A DNA stretch of 63,601 nt, the filler included, from Octopus bimaculoides (Eukaryota): the NCBI RefSeq assembly GCF_001194135.2. It is 6 parts of 5 records of this genome, joined end to end, with 100 filler letters (N's around TTAATTAATTAA, not from the genome) between each part and the next. Parts side by side here need not be neighbours in the genome. Positions count along the whole stretch, not along the records: positions 10,287 to 18,905 come from NC_068986.1; positions 19,006 to 41,405 come from NC_068985.1; 4 more parts are not named here. One strand, written 5' to 3'. Position 1 is the stretch's first letter, and the number at the start of each line of letters is the position of its first letter. Below are positions 12,006-22,529 of the stretch, piece by piece. The notes under the pieces are model-generated. The model was not told the origin of the DNA, made no database searches, and saw only the letters and a list, made by a program, of their open reading frames with translations. The position numbers were made by a program, and so were the translations under genes.

Positions 12006-13268
12006 CAGGAGTTGGACAAAATAATGGAAACACCTTAAAATTTCAAACAAATTTATTTTAATATGGGGTAGGACCACCTTTTGCAGTAATTACAGCCTGA
12101 ATTCTACGAGATGTGGACTCGTGCAAAGTTTGAATTGTTTCCAAAGGAATTTTTGTCCATTCTTCAGCTAAAACAGATTCCAGTTCTTGTAGTGATAATG
12201 GTAGAGGATATCGATTCCTTACTTGTTTTTTCTAAAATGCACCATAAATGTTAAATAATATTGAGATCTGGGGACTGTGGTGGCCAGATCAGATGTTCAA
12301 CTTCATTAGAATGTTCCTTGTGCCATTCAGTAACAACTTTAGTTGTGTAAATTGGTGCGTTATCATCCTGAAAGACTGCGTCTCCCCCAGGAAACAGTTC
12401 CGCAGCAATAGGATGAATTTGATCAGATAAAATGCTTAAATAGTCTTGACTAATAATTCTGTCATGTAGGGAAGCAATTGGAACAGCGGATTTCCAAGAT
12501 ATAGCCCCACCCCCAGATCATAACAGATCTTCCTCCATGTTTAACAGTTGGAAAAAGGAAGTCCGGGTCAAATGCTTCTTTTGGCTGTCTCCACACGTAT
12601 TCTCGGCCGGTGATAAAAAATACGGTAAAGGATGACTCATCCGAGAAAATAACATTCTTCCACTGCTTTAGGGACCAATTCTGTAGGTTTTTTATTCCAC
12701 TCTAAACGCTTTGCAACGTTTGTTTTTGAAAATTCAGGTTCTCTGATTGCAGCCCTTCCGTGAAATCCGGCTTTGTGCAGCTCCCGGTGAACAGTTTTTG
12801 TGGAGACTAGGTTCTCGTGGTGGTCATTAAGCTCTGCAGTAATTTTAGGAACTGTGCTCTTGTGATCCTTTCTAACAATTTGCGTATGAGTCCGACGGTC
12901 TCTATCTGAAAGTTTTCTTCCAGAGTTTTGTTTCGACGAGGAGGTTTTTCCCTCTTTCTCAAAGGCTGTCATTACTTTCGAGACAGTACTTCTTGATAAG
13001 CCAAACATTTCGGCTGTTTTCGATACGCTAGCGCCTGCCATACGAGCACCAACAATTTGACCTCTTTCAAAGTCCGAATGATCTGCCATTTTAATTACTT
13101 TTTTCCGATGGTATCTGAAAAGAAACAGCAATTTTAACAGAACATATTAAGCAACACTAATAATAAATCAAAAAATATAAAAATAAACAAGCTTTTGACG
13201 GTTTTATAGATATTTCAAAATTATGATGCTATGATGCTAGGTGTTTCCATTATTTTGTCCAACCCCTG
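12006..13268 (-). mobile_element. Full-length Tc1/mariner element with DD36E spacing (Incomer-like), 1263 bp, inactivated
   Basis: 30-bp TIRs CAGGAGTTGGACAAAATAATGGAAACACCT (12006-12035) and 13239-13268 match 29/30. TA flanks both ends (12004-12005, 13269-13270). A transposase is encoded on the minus strand. Confidence 0.95.
12058..13089 (-). pseudogene. Tc1-like DD36E transposase pseudogene
   Basis: Begins MADHSDFERGQIVGARMAGASVSKTAEMFGLSRSTVSK (HTH region). It has FSDESS in a shifted frame near 12640 and FQDDNAP at ~12356-12373. Exactly 36 residues follow before SPDLNII*, where the catalytic Glu codon is TAA (12251-12253). It ends RRIQAVITAKGGPTPY* (stop 12058-12060). There are frameshifts. 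Confidence 0.92.
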
Positions 13269-13345
13269 TACATATGTGCCTGACTAGAAAAAGTTTTACT
13301 TTTTAACTTCAGAGCTAAATATTTATATATTTATACTAATGACAA

Positions 13346-13478
13346 TATTTAGTTGCCACTAATTGTGACTGAGGGTGCCCGATAGCACCTGTATTGCTAG
13401 AAATGAGTTAAAATCCCTTATTTCTAGCAATATAGGTGCTATACGGCACCTTCAGTCACAATTAGTGACAATTGAATA
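13346..13478. mobile_element. Short foldback (palindromic) MITE-like element
   Basis: The arm TTGCCACTAATTGTGACTGAGGGTGCCCGATAGCACCTGTATTGCTAGAAATGAG is an imperfect inverted match to CTTATTTCTAGCAATATAGGTGCTATACGGCACCTTCAGTCACAATTAGTGACAA, with a spacer of ~10 bp. Confidence 0.8.
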
Positions 13479-13721
13479 ATTCCTTTTTGGTTTTATATAG
13501 GGTTTAGCTTCTTTTGTTATTTTTGTTAATGACAATAAAATTATAAAAATATATTTTTGTATAACAAATGTTTTCATATGATAGTTTTACTGCATACATA
13601 TTAGTATATGTTTTCGCAAAGTGATTATTACACGCACAAAGGAAGAAAATGATATACTCGTGAAAAGTTTTCGTATAAAATACGTTTTCGTAAAAGAAAA
13701 TCACGTTTTACTAAATAAATG

Positions 13722-13746
13722 TTAATGCACATTATGTATACATACC

Positions 13747-13785
<39 letters not shown>

Positions 13786-14522
13786 TGGTATATTTTAAGT
13801 TCTAGGTAACCCATTACAAGATTTGAAATCACTGGAGCAGCTCGGGTTCCCATTGCAATTCCACATGTATGTCGATAGTAAACTGTATCGAACATGAAAT
13901 AGTTGTTCAGTNNNNNNNNNNNNNNNNNNNNNNNNNNNNNNNNNNNNNNNNNNNNNNNNNNNNNNNNNNNNNNNNNNNNNNNNNNNNNNNNNNNNNTGAT
14001 GCTTCCTGGGATCTCTTCTGGGTATTTTTCTAACCAGAAGGTGATCGCTTCTATACCATAATCGTGTGGGATATTGATGTGCAAATTCACCACATCGAAT
14101 GATACTAACAGGGTTCCTTCATTTATTGTCTTCGGGGGGTGATTAAGCATGTCTAAGTCATCCCTGATGAAGCTTTTCACATATTTTAGAAACAGTTTGA
14201 GTAAGATATCGAGGAAGCTGCTCAAACGGTGGGTTTCACAAGTAGGGCCAGCGATGATGGGTCTCAGTTTGAGGTCAGTAGGGAGAGGAACATTAATGCA
14301 TAGGCTTGGAGAAACTTTGCACGCTTTACAAATATGTTGATTTTCGTGTATTTTAGGTAATCCGTAGAATAGACTAGGTCTGTATTTAAAATTGGATAAA
14401 TAGTCAATTTCCTCTTTAGTGAGGCCCTTTCCATGTATTTGAAGTAAAGAGGATAAGTTTTTAAGTGTCTTCTGTGGGTTGTATTGTACTATCTTCTCAT
14501 AGTAAATATTATTTTCCAACAT
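13722..14522 (-). mobile_element. Penelope-like retroelement reverse transcriptase fragment (open ORF across an ~85-N gap)
   Basis: Translation contains PLE-type RT motifs FYGLPKIH, LRPIIAGP, LVSFDVVNLHINIP and GIAMGTRAAPVISNLVMGYLE. It ends at a (TA)n tract before the YxDD motif. Confidence 0.88.
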
Positions 14523-15329
14523 GGAGAGTATTAAATTTTAAAGAAGCCCGTCTTATATATGTATACGACAGGCTTCTTTCATACACTCACACATATATGT
14601 GTGTGTGTATGTGTGTGGATGTGTGTGTGTGTGTGTGCATGAGTGCGTGTGCGTGTGCGGATGTTCTGCTGGGTTGAATGGTGGGCAAGTCGAGGAAGTC
14701 TATGTCTACTCGCAACTACACAAGCACCTGAACAAATGAGTGAAAGCATGGTAAATGTTACTTAACCATGCGCATATACAGCTAACAACTGTCTTTTTAA
14801 TACTTTCAAGATACCCGTTATCTCTCAAGTTGAAACGAGGTTATAAATTGTTTTTAATGAATTGTTCTCAATGAGGGTATTTTCAGCTTAGTATAATAAC
14901 GCTATAGAATTTCTCTTGAAAAAATGATCTTTCATGTAAGTAATGAAACTGTTATCTCGTATGGTTATAGAAGTCTAATATTTTGTGCTACAGATATGTA
15001 CTCAGTATTAATAATATATTTTCTAATTTAATTGTGGAAACGACATATAGCTAAATTAAGCAAATTAACTCAGCACAAAGTATTGAGAGAATGTGAGAAT
15101 AGTTTTGATATATTTGAAGCTATTGCTGAACATAATTTATAATCTCTGATTCTTGATGTTGTTTAAATACCAAAATAATTTGAAAAAAAAATGTAGAAAC
15201 CACAATGTCGGGAATGATACCACTCATAGACATAAAATAATTCTTATAAACATGCCCAGAGTAAAACCACTCAACCAATCATTGAAAATGCAATACATGT
15301 AGTGATAAAGAAATATTGGTTTCAAGCAA

Positions 15330-15530
15330 TTGGTCAGCAATTTCGGTAAGGGGTAAGTCGATTACATCCTCCCAGTGCTCAACTGGTAATTATTTTATCG
15401 ACCCTTAGAGAATGAAAAGCAAAGTCAACTTCAGTGGAATTTGAGCTCAGAACATAAAGATTGACGAAATGCCCCTAAGAATTTCGACCGGCGTGCTAAA
15501 AAGATGGTCATCGCTGCTGTTTTGCTTCAG
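15330..15530 (-). mobile_element. Diverged SINE family B copy
   Basis: CAACTGGTAATTATTTTATCGACCC...GGAATTTGAGCTCAGAAC...GACGAAATGCC...CCGGCGTGCTAA parallels 15740-15880. Confidence 0.75.
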
Positions 15531-15686
15531 AGTGGCTGGAAGCAATCTCTGTTGTGATATGAAGCGGGTTTATTGTTGTGTGACATCTAGCTTGTTTAGG
15601 AAAGTTCACCCTGGTAAACATTGTGGTTCTAGCTATGCTTCCCCATACTTGCTTCCCCTGTCAAAATATATCAATAGAGAAATATT

Positions 15687-15900
15687 CTTTTCTACTCTAG
15701 GTACAAGGCCCGAAATTTTGGGGGAGGGGGCCAGTCGATTAGATCGACACTAGTACGCAACTGGTACTTAATTTATCGACTCCGAAAGGATGAAAGGTAA
15801 AGTCGATCTCGGCGGAATTTGAACTCAGAACGTAAAGACAGACGAAATACCGCTTAGCATTTCGACCGGCATGTTAACGTTTCTGCCAGCTCGCCGCCTT
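15687..15900 (-). mobile_element. Full-length tRNA-derived SINE family B with 16-bp TSD
   Basis: The minus-strand head is GGCGGCGAGCTGGCAGAAACG...GAGTTCAAATTCC. A perfect direct repeat TCAATAGAGAAATATT lies at 15671-15686 and 15901-15916. Confidence 0.92.
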
Positions 15901-16000
15901 TCAATAGAGAAATATTAAAAGTTGCAGTGGATCCCATCTTCTATGATATTAGATCTGAACTCGTCATAGCCTGAACATTGCCATATTAACACCTCACTAT

Positions 16001-16753
16001 AGGGCTTTCCTATAAGTAGGTTATCTTCCTTGGCTAGGCGGCGCTCCATGTAGCTAATTAAACTTCCGCAGACTACCCACGCCATTGTTATTGTTTTACG
16101 TCTTATCATGGATATAAAACAGCTTGATGATTCAGCTATCGAAGTACTTACTGTGCCTGAGTTAAAGAAATATTTAAGATTATATGGACAGTATGTTACT
16201 GGAAGAAAGGCGGACTTGATTGAAAGGTTGAAAGGAATAAAAATTCTGTCGATGAAGAATGTCAACAAAGTAAATTCATCGGACGATAAGTCTGAAGTAT
16301 CGGACGATACTTCAGACAGGAATAAGCAGAAGCTTATATCTCCTCTCGGTGANNNNNNNNNNNNNNNNNNNNNNNNNNNNNNNNNNNNNNNNNNNNNNNN
16401 NNNNNNNNNNNNNNNNNNNNNNNNNNNNNNNNNNNNNNNNNNNNNNNNNNNNNNNNNAAAGCAACAGTTAAGGAGTGGCATATTTTACCACGACAGACAC
16501 GTACACAGCATCGAATACCACGATGTGAGTGAAAGCTGCTCTCACTGTATTGTCCGGTGTCTGGTAATCCCTTCAATACCGACATCAAACCAAAAAAAGA
16601 ATCCTGACCACAGAGTGTGGGTAATTATGTCAAAGGTCACTGGCAATGTGCATTCAGCTGATTGCAACTGTTAAAGCAAGTCACTGAGCATGCGTACATG
16701 TCATACGGGAGAGTTCCAATCAGGGGTGGATAACAACCTTATAGGAACCCCCT
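16001..16753 (+). mobile_element. TIR-bounded non-autonomous DNA transposon carrying a SAP + truncated SWIM-like ORF (ISL2EU/PHIS-like, tentative)
   Basis: The left end AGGGCTTTCCTATAAGTAGGTTATC (16001-16025) and the reverse complement of the right end, AGGGGGTTCCTATAAGGTTGTTATC (16729-16753), match 20/25. Both ends are flanked by TATA, so the TSD could be AT, TA or TATA. Confidence 0.65.
16108..16674 (+). CDS. SAP-domain protein fragment ending in the first half of a SWIM-like Zn finger; probably a truncated transposon accessory ORF
   Basis: LTVPELKKYLRLYGQYVTGRKADLIERLKG fits the SAP consensus. The C-terminal CLVIPS...HRVWVIMSKVTGNVHSADCNC* fits the segment leading into the SWIM CxC. The frame is open on both sides of an N gap (16352-16457). 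Confidence 0.65.
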   Translation: MDIKQLDDSAIEVLTVPELKKYLRLYGQYVTGRKADLIERLKGIKILSMKNVNKVNSSDDKSEVSDDTSDRNKQKLISPLGXXXXXXXXXXXXXXXXXXXXXXXXXXXXXXXXXXXXKQQLRSGIFYHDRHVHSIEYHDVSESCSHCIVRCLVIPSIPTSNQKKNPDHRVWVIMSKVTGNVHSADCNC

Positions 16754-17339
16754 ATATGTAATATTTTCGGTTTTACCAAAGATATTATGGAAGTTTCGCT
16801 CTCTTATGCAACCTCCATAAAATTAGCGATACCATAGGAATGTTCGTCAAGATGCAGTCCAGCAACTAACAATGTTTGTCCTTGGGATTAATTGGTTGCA
16901 TTGACAAAGTTTAGATGTTTTTAAAAACTGAAGCCTTTTGAATTGAAAGAGATCTTCGGTGGGTATGAGCGTAAGATAAGCACAGTAAGATTAATAGTCT
17001 CTATGACAAACTTAACAAACTTAACTAAAATTAATTTTATTTATTCTTGTTCACTTATAAGAAAAAGTTATGCATGTCTTGTGTAATATAACTTTATGAA
17101 AGAAGAAAAAAAACAGATTATGTATTAATATGTATGTAGGTTCCTTGAAACACGAGTAACTTAACAATAAAACGGTTGAAAACAGTGTTCAAAGATCTAA
17201 CACTCTATACTCTGTCAAAGGCATTTTCTCAATATCTACAGAAATGATGATGATAATGATGCTGATAATGATGATGATGTTGATGATGATGATGATGATG
17301 TTAGTCTCTCGTAGTCGGAGAAAGGTGATTCCTACAATT

Positions 17340-17590
17340 TCTTGCTGAACAAATGATTTGTTTATAATGATCAAATGTTTGTGCTGTACATTAGCTCACT
17401 CCCTCCATCAAATCATCGTTGCTTGAACAGGTGTACAGTGTACCATGTGTCTGTGTCGAAGTGGTTGCAGAGCAACATGGGATGAAGTTTTTTGCTGAAG
17501 AATACAACACACCATCCGTCCATGAATTGAAACCACCATCTCGCAATCATGAGTGCAACACCATAAACATAAGGCAATGCACCCTTACAT
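17340..17590 (-). mobile_element. Diverged SINE related to family C
   Basis: GAAGTTTTTTGCTGAAGAATACAACACACCATCCGTCCATGAATTGAAACCACCATCTCGCAATCATGAGTGCAACACC parallels 3725-3810. Confidence 0.55.
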
Positions 17591-17615
17591 CTACAAAAGA
17601 TATTCATTACTAAAA

Positions 17616-17830
17616 GCAATGAGCTCGTAGAATCGCTAATACGCCGGACAAATCGCTTAGCACCATTTCTTATGGCTTTTTGCATTCAGAGTTCAAATTC
17701 CGTCGAGGTCAACTTTATCTTCCATCCTTTTGGGATCGACAAAATAAGTACCAGTAAAGTACTGGAATCGATGAAAACACCTATCACCTAAAATTGCTGG
17801 CATTGTGCTAAAATTTGAAAGTATTATTAA
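17616..17830 (+). mobile_element. SINE family B copy
   Basis: GAGTTCAAATTCCGTCGAGGTCAACTTTATCTTCCATCCTTTTGGGATCGACAAAATAAGTACCAGT is the reverse complement of the 15687-15900 core. Confidence 0.85.
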
Positions 17831-17846
17831 AGACCGTCTTCGTTAC

Positions 17847-17883
<37 letters not shown>

Positions 17884-18069
17884 CACTACAAAGTATTAAA
17901 ATACATGCTCCAGTACTTTGTTAGGTAAAATATGAATCGAAATTCTTCGTGGATCTAAAAAGCATTCCTGTGAGAGGATTAGAATGATGATGAGTTAAAA
18001 TTTTTCAGTCAATTTCATTAGAAGCCATTTAACGTATCTAAGTCTGAAACTGTAAGAGCTGAATCAATT

Positions 18070-18860
18070 TATTACCTCCCTTCTTGCCAATAACAAGAGC
18101 TTTGATTCAATGCTGCCTGTGCGAAAAGATCTAGTCACTACAACTTAGTGATCGCTAGAAGATTGCTCGCCTCTTTGTATCCTTCTCAATCTATATCCTA
18201 TTCAGTACGAGCACTTTCAATACTATGCCACTCAGGGAATGTCAGCACTCCCTGCTATTATTCTTTTTGGTATCCTAGATAAGGCATCAACTTTCTATCT
18301 TTGAGCATCTGTTCAATATTCTGCATGTTACCAAACAGCTTCAATAATGCTCTTGCTTATCACAAATTTATCACTTTGGCATTTCTCTTGAAATTCCATC
18401 TAATCCAGATACCTTTCCTGTTGTTAATTGCTCAATGGTTCTTCCTAATTTTCCCAACGAATGTATCATATACAGCCACTTCCACCTCCTCATGTGGTTG
18501 AGAAATTACCAGAGCATATTACCCATTCAGTTCTTAGTTCCTGCTTATATTACAATGTTCTTTCCATCTTTCTTGTTTGATGTTTATATCATATGCTATT
18601 AATTGGCCGACAATACTGAACACATGTAACATTTTGTGATCAGCTTACTTTACCTGCAATCTCACTTATCATTTCATAAGCTTTTCTGATTCTTCTGCTC
18701 TTCTGCATTGAGTAAGTTATCTACATTATTAGCCTTCACTTCCAGAAATATTCATTTCCTTCTTCCTCAACATCTTTGTAACTCTCTGTTGCTCTCTTTT
18801 GAGGCTTCAGATCTTAACTGTTTCCACTTTGATGTCCGTCTCATCCACTTTCTAAATTTT
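18070..18860 (-). pseudogene. Decayed LINE ORF2 fragment (region leading into RT; RTE-like, tentative)
   Basis: Broken minus-strand translation gives KQERWKEH, TGKVSGLDGISREM, LKVLVLNRI and SCSD*IFSHRQ. These match the GKAxGxDGI and RSCxDQIFxLRQ motifs of non-LTR RTs. Confidence 0.65.
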
Positions 18861-19414
18861 AACACACACACGTACATATACGATATATATATATATATAT
18901 ATATANNNNNNNNNNNNNNNNNNNNNNNNNNNNNNNNNNNNNNNNNNNNTTAATTAATTAANNNNNNNNNNNNNNNNNNNNNNNNNNNNNNNNNNNNNNN
19001 NNNNNATATATATATATATATATATATATAAAACAAATAATATATGAGTATATTGCGTATATACGTACAGGTATGTGCATACCTACGTGTACCTGTATAT
19101 ATAGGTGCATATCTGGGTACAGGACATTGCAAACAAAACGTAGACAAAATAATAATAATAATCAGAGTATAGAGCACACACAGGCCACATAGAGAACATT
19201 TTCCTTCATCAGCTACACCCATAGGTGAGCAAGGAGAGAGAGAGAGGAAGAGAGAAATATAGTAGTAACGGAAGGAAGAACGAGAGGGGGAAAGAGAGAG
19301 ATATAGTAGTAACAGAAGGAAGAACGAGAGGGGAAAAAAGTTATAGAGATAGAGAAGATAGAGTCGCATCAGAAAATATAAAGTTCAAAAACTACTTACA
19401 GGGATATATATATG

Positions 19415-19446
<32 letters not shown>

Positions 19447-19475
19447 TGTATGTATGTATGTATGTATATTACTCT

Positions 19476-19722
19476 TTTACTTGTTTCAGTCATTTGACTG
19501 TGGCCATGCTGGAGCACCGCCTTTAGTCGAGAAAATCGACCCCAGGACTTATTCTTTGTAAGCCTAGTACTTATTCTATCGGTCTCTTTTTGCCGAACCG
19601 CCAAGTTACGGGGACGCAAACACACCAACATCGGTCGTCAAGCTGGGGGGACAAACACAGACACACAAACATATACATACATACATATATATACATATAT
19701 ACGACGGGATTCTTTCAGTTTC
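19476..19722 (-). mobile_element. SINE family A 3' portion (head lies in the N gap)
   Basis: Near-identical to 8745-9005. Confidence 0.9.
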
Positions 19723-20527
19723 NNNNNNNNNNNNNNNNNNNNNNNNNNNNNNNNNNNNNNNNNNNNNNNNNNNNNNNNNNNNNNNNNNNNNNNNNNNNNN
19801 NNNNNNNNNNNNNNNNNNNNNNNNNNNNNNNNNNNNNNNNNNNNNNNNNNNNNNNNNNNNNNNNNNNNNNNNNNNNNNNNNNNNNNNNNNNNNNNNNNNN
19901 NNNNNNNNNNNNNNNNNNNNNNNNNNNNNNNNNNNNNNNNNNNNNNNNNNNNNNNNNNNNNNNNNNNNNNNNNNNNNNNNNNNNNNNNNNNNNNNNNNNN
20001 NNNNNNNNNNNNNNNNNNNNNNNNNNNNNNNNNNNNNNNNNNNNNNNNNNNNNNNNNNNNNNNNNNNNNNNNNNNNNNNNNNNNNNNNNNNNNNNNNNNN
20101 NNNNNNNNNNCATATATACATACTTTGATGATAAAATATATTTAAAGTATAATGCTTTGTATGAACTTTGTAGTGTTACATACTGATTGTCACACATTCT
20201 CTGATATTAAGGTGAAATTGTTAAAAACAGTGTTAAAAACAGTGTATGAAAATACACATATGGAAAAATACATATACATATTCTTATACATATTCTTTGA
20301 CAATCGAATAAAATTGAGAAGGAACTGACCTGGCCTTTTTCTCTTGTGTATATTGAAGGAATGTTTTACTGTCTTAAGAGACAGTATGACTGGCTAGCTG
20401 GGGTGGGGGGAAGAAGAGTTAAAGAAGATTTTTTAATTATTTTTGGTTGGTCTGTGACAGTCTGTCATGGTTCACTGGTTTTTGGGACTGGTTTATATAT
20501 ATATATATTTATATATATATAATATAT

Positions 20528-20828
20528 TAAAATCAAAATAAGTAACAAGGATAATCAAAGTTAATGATGTACGATCGTTTCATGCGACTCCATTTATTTA
20601 ACCAATGTGAACATTACATCAAATGTAAAATGCAGAGTTTAAATTTAGTTACTAAAACATGTCCTTCAGTTAAAATGAAATTTCAGTAAATTTCTATATC
20701 TTTATGCACCTGAGGATTGCTCTGCATTTTACATTTGATGTAATGTTCACATTGCTTAAATAAATGCAGTGACATGAGACAATCGTACTGCATTAACTTT
20801 GGTATCCCTGCTGCTTATTTTGATTTTA
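20528..20828. repeat. Inverted repeat (~110-bp arms) with a decayed hammerhead-like motif
   Basis: Arm 20528-20637 is an imperfect reverse complement of 20720-20828, including a long perfect core CTCTGCATTTTACATTTGATGTAATGTTCACATTG. The right side has CTGAGGA (20710-20716) ... GAGAC-AATC-GTA (20776-20787). Confidence 0.75.
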
Positions 20829-22180
20829 TTCAACTTACTTTGGAATTGTATGGATAATACCATACTTAATTCTGGTGCCTAAACTTAAGTACTATATTCA
20901 CCTTGAATCTATCTATCTATCTATCTATCTTTCTATCTATCTATCTTATCTAACTATCTATCTATCTATCTATCTATCTTTANNNNNNNNNNTATATATG
21001 TGTCTTTTCGAGTGGAATTTGCATTCTGGCCAATTCTACCTTACACATATATGTGTGTTGTAAGATCTTTATTGCTTGTGCTGAAATCCGTAATATGTCG
21101 TAGTGACATAGACTATTTTCTTTAGCCCCAACCACACTTTACTACAATATCAAAGAATTACACATAATTTTTCGGACGTAAATTGCCTGAAAGATTTTGC
21201 TATTGATCTTAAGCGCTGTAAGTGAACGATACACTATGAGAATTTCACTGTGAATCACGTAACTTTTCGTTCGGCAACACACAATTTATATTTGACAAGG
21301 ATTATTACGTAAGCAAATAATCAAGGACTATAATCAAGCCAGGCATAATTAAATTATTCGTCCATCATACCTGAACCTTAATGATTGGCAGCGACTGAAC
21401 CATATTATTCATAATAAAAAGGAAATACATATGAATCCATATTTGGAAGTGGATAAGAACTGAAACAACACAAAATTTAATAAAGGTGTAACGTGACATC
21501 TACTTCCGTATTATTATACATTTCAAAAGAAACGTTTCTATTAGATATGGTAAATTAGTATGTCATAGTCGTCGGGAGTTGATGAACAGGGTTTTAGTTA
21601 CGTCACTTCACATAATATTGCATTATACAGGCCTCTCGTCTGTGGGTAAAGAAAATGTGTTAAGAAAAGGTAATTGGTAGTTCAAGCAAGATATCTATAT
21701 ATTTTTCACGAAATGTGGATTCACATAGTTCAATAGAATTTATGATCACATAATTTGTAGGAAAATCGTATTTATAAAATTCAGTAATGAATACTTTGCA
21801 TACTATGTACACATACACTCATACAAACTATCACACGCACATATATGTATGCATTTATTTGCATGTCCCTATGCACATGTTTATGTTCGTGTTTGCGTAA
21901 CCTTTTTTCGCTACATGCAGAGGTAACTGAAATGCAAATAATACCGGAGGAGATCATGAAGTACATTATTACACATATGAAACTGAATAAATACTGCTGC
22001 GGCAATATATTTGTAACAGATATCGTTCGTCACGTAATCTATGTTTAAAAGCATCACCAAAAGAGATCCTACAACATCGCAAACCCTGTTACAATGAGTG
22101 ATTCACAATATCATACATATAATTCCAGTAAGATGTTTACACACACGCACAAACATAAACACACACACGCACACACATAA

Positions 22181-22224
<44 letters not shown>

Positions 22225-22284
22225 ACACGCACACACACACACATAATTAATATAAACTGTTTTGCAATGTTTCACCAAAATGGA

Positions 22285-22529
22285 GAATTACAAATGCCAC
22301 TAAATGTGACTAGAGTGTTAGGAAACATCTACATTGCTAGAAATAAGAGCTGAATCGCTCTAATGCTGTTGTTAACGCACATGAAAACATATACACTAAC
22401 AAGGTCCCTGTTAGTTTTTATGTTTTCATTCATGTCCGTCAACTACAGTATTAGAGTGATTCAGCTCTTATTTATAGCAATGTAGGTATTTCCTAACACC
22501 CTAGTCACATTTAGTGACATTTGCAATTC
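22285..22529. mobile_element. 245-bp foldback (near-complete palindrome) MITE-like element
   Basis: The left arm GAATTACAAATGCCACTAAATGTGACTAGAGTGTTAGGAAACATCTACATTGCTAGAAATAAGAGCTGAATC pairs with the right arm GATTCAGCTCTTATTTATAGCAATGTAGGTATTTCCTAACACCCTAGTCACATTTAGTGACATTTGCAATTC. Pairing continues to the centre at ~22410. Confidence 0.85.

Noticed and set aside
21900-22035. Possible short exon after a TTTTTTCGCTACATGCAG acceptor-like site
   Set aside because: No strong donor, no recognisable protein similarity and no partner exons; cannot be supported without RNA data.
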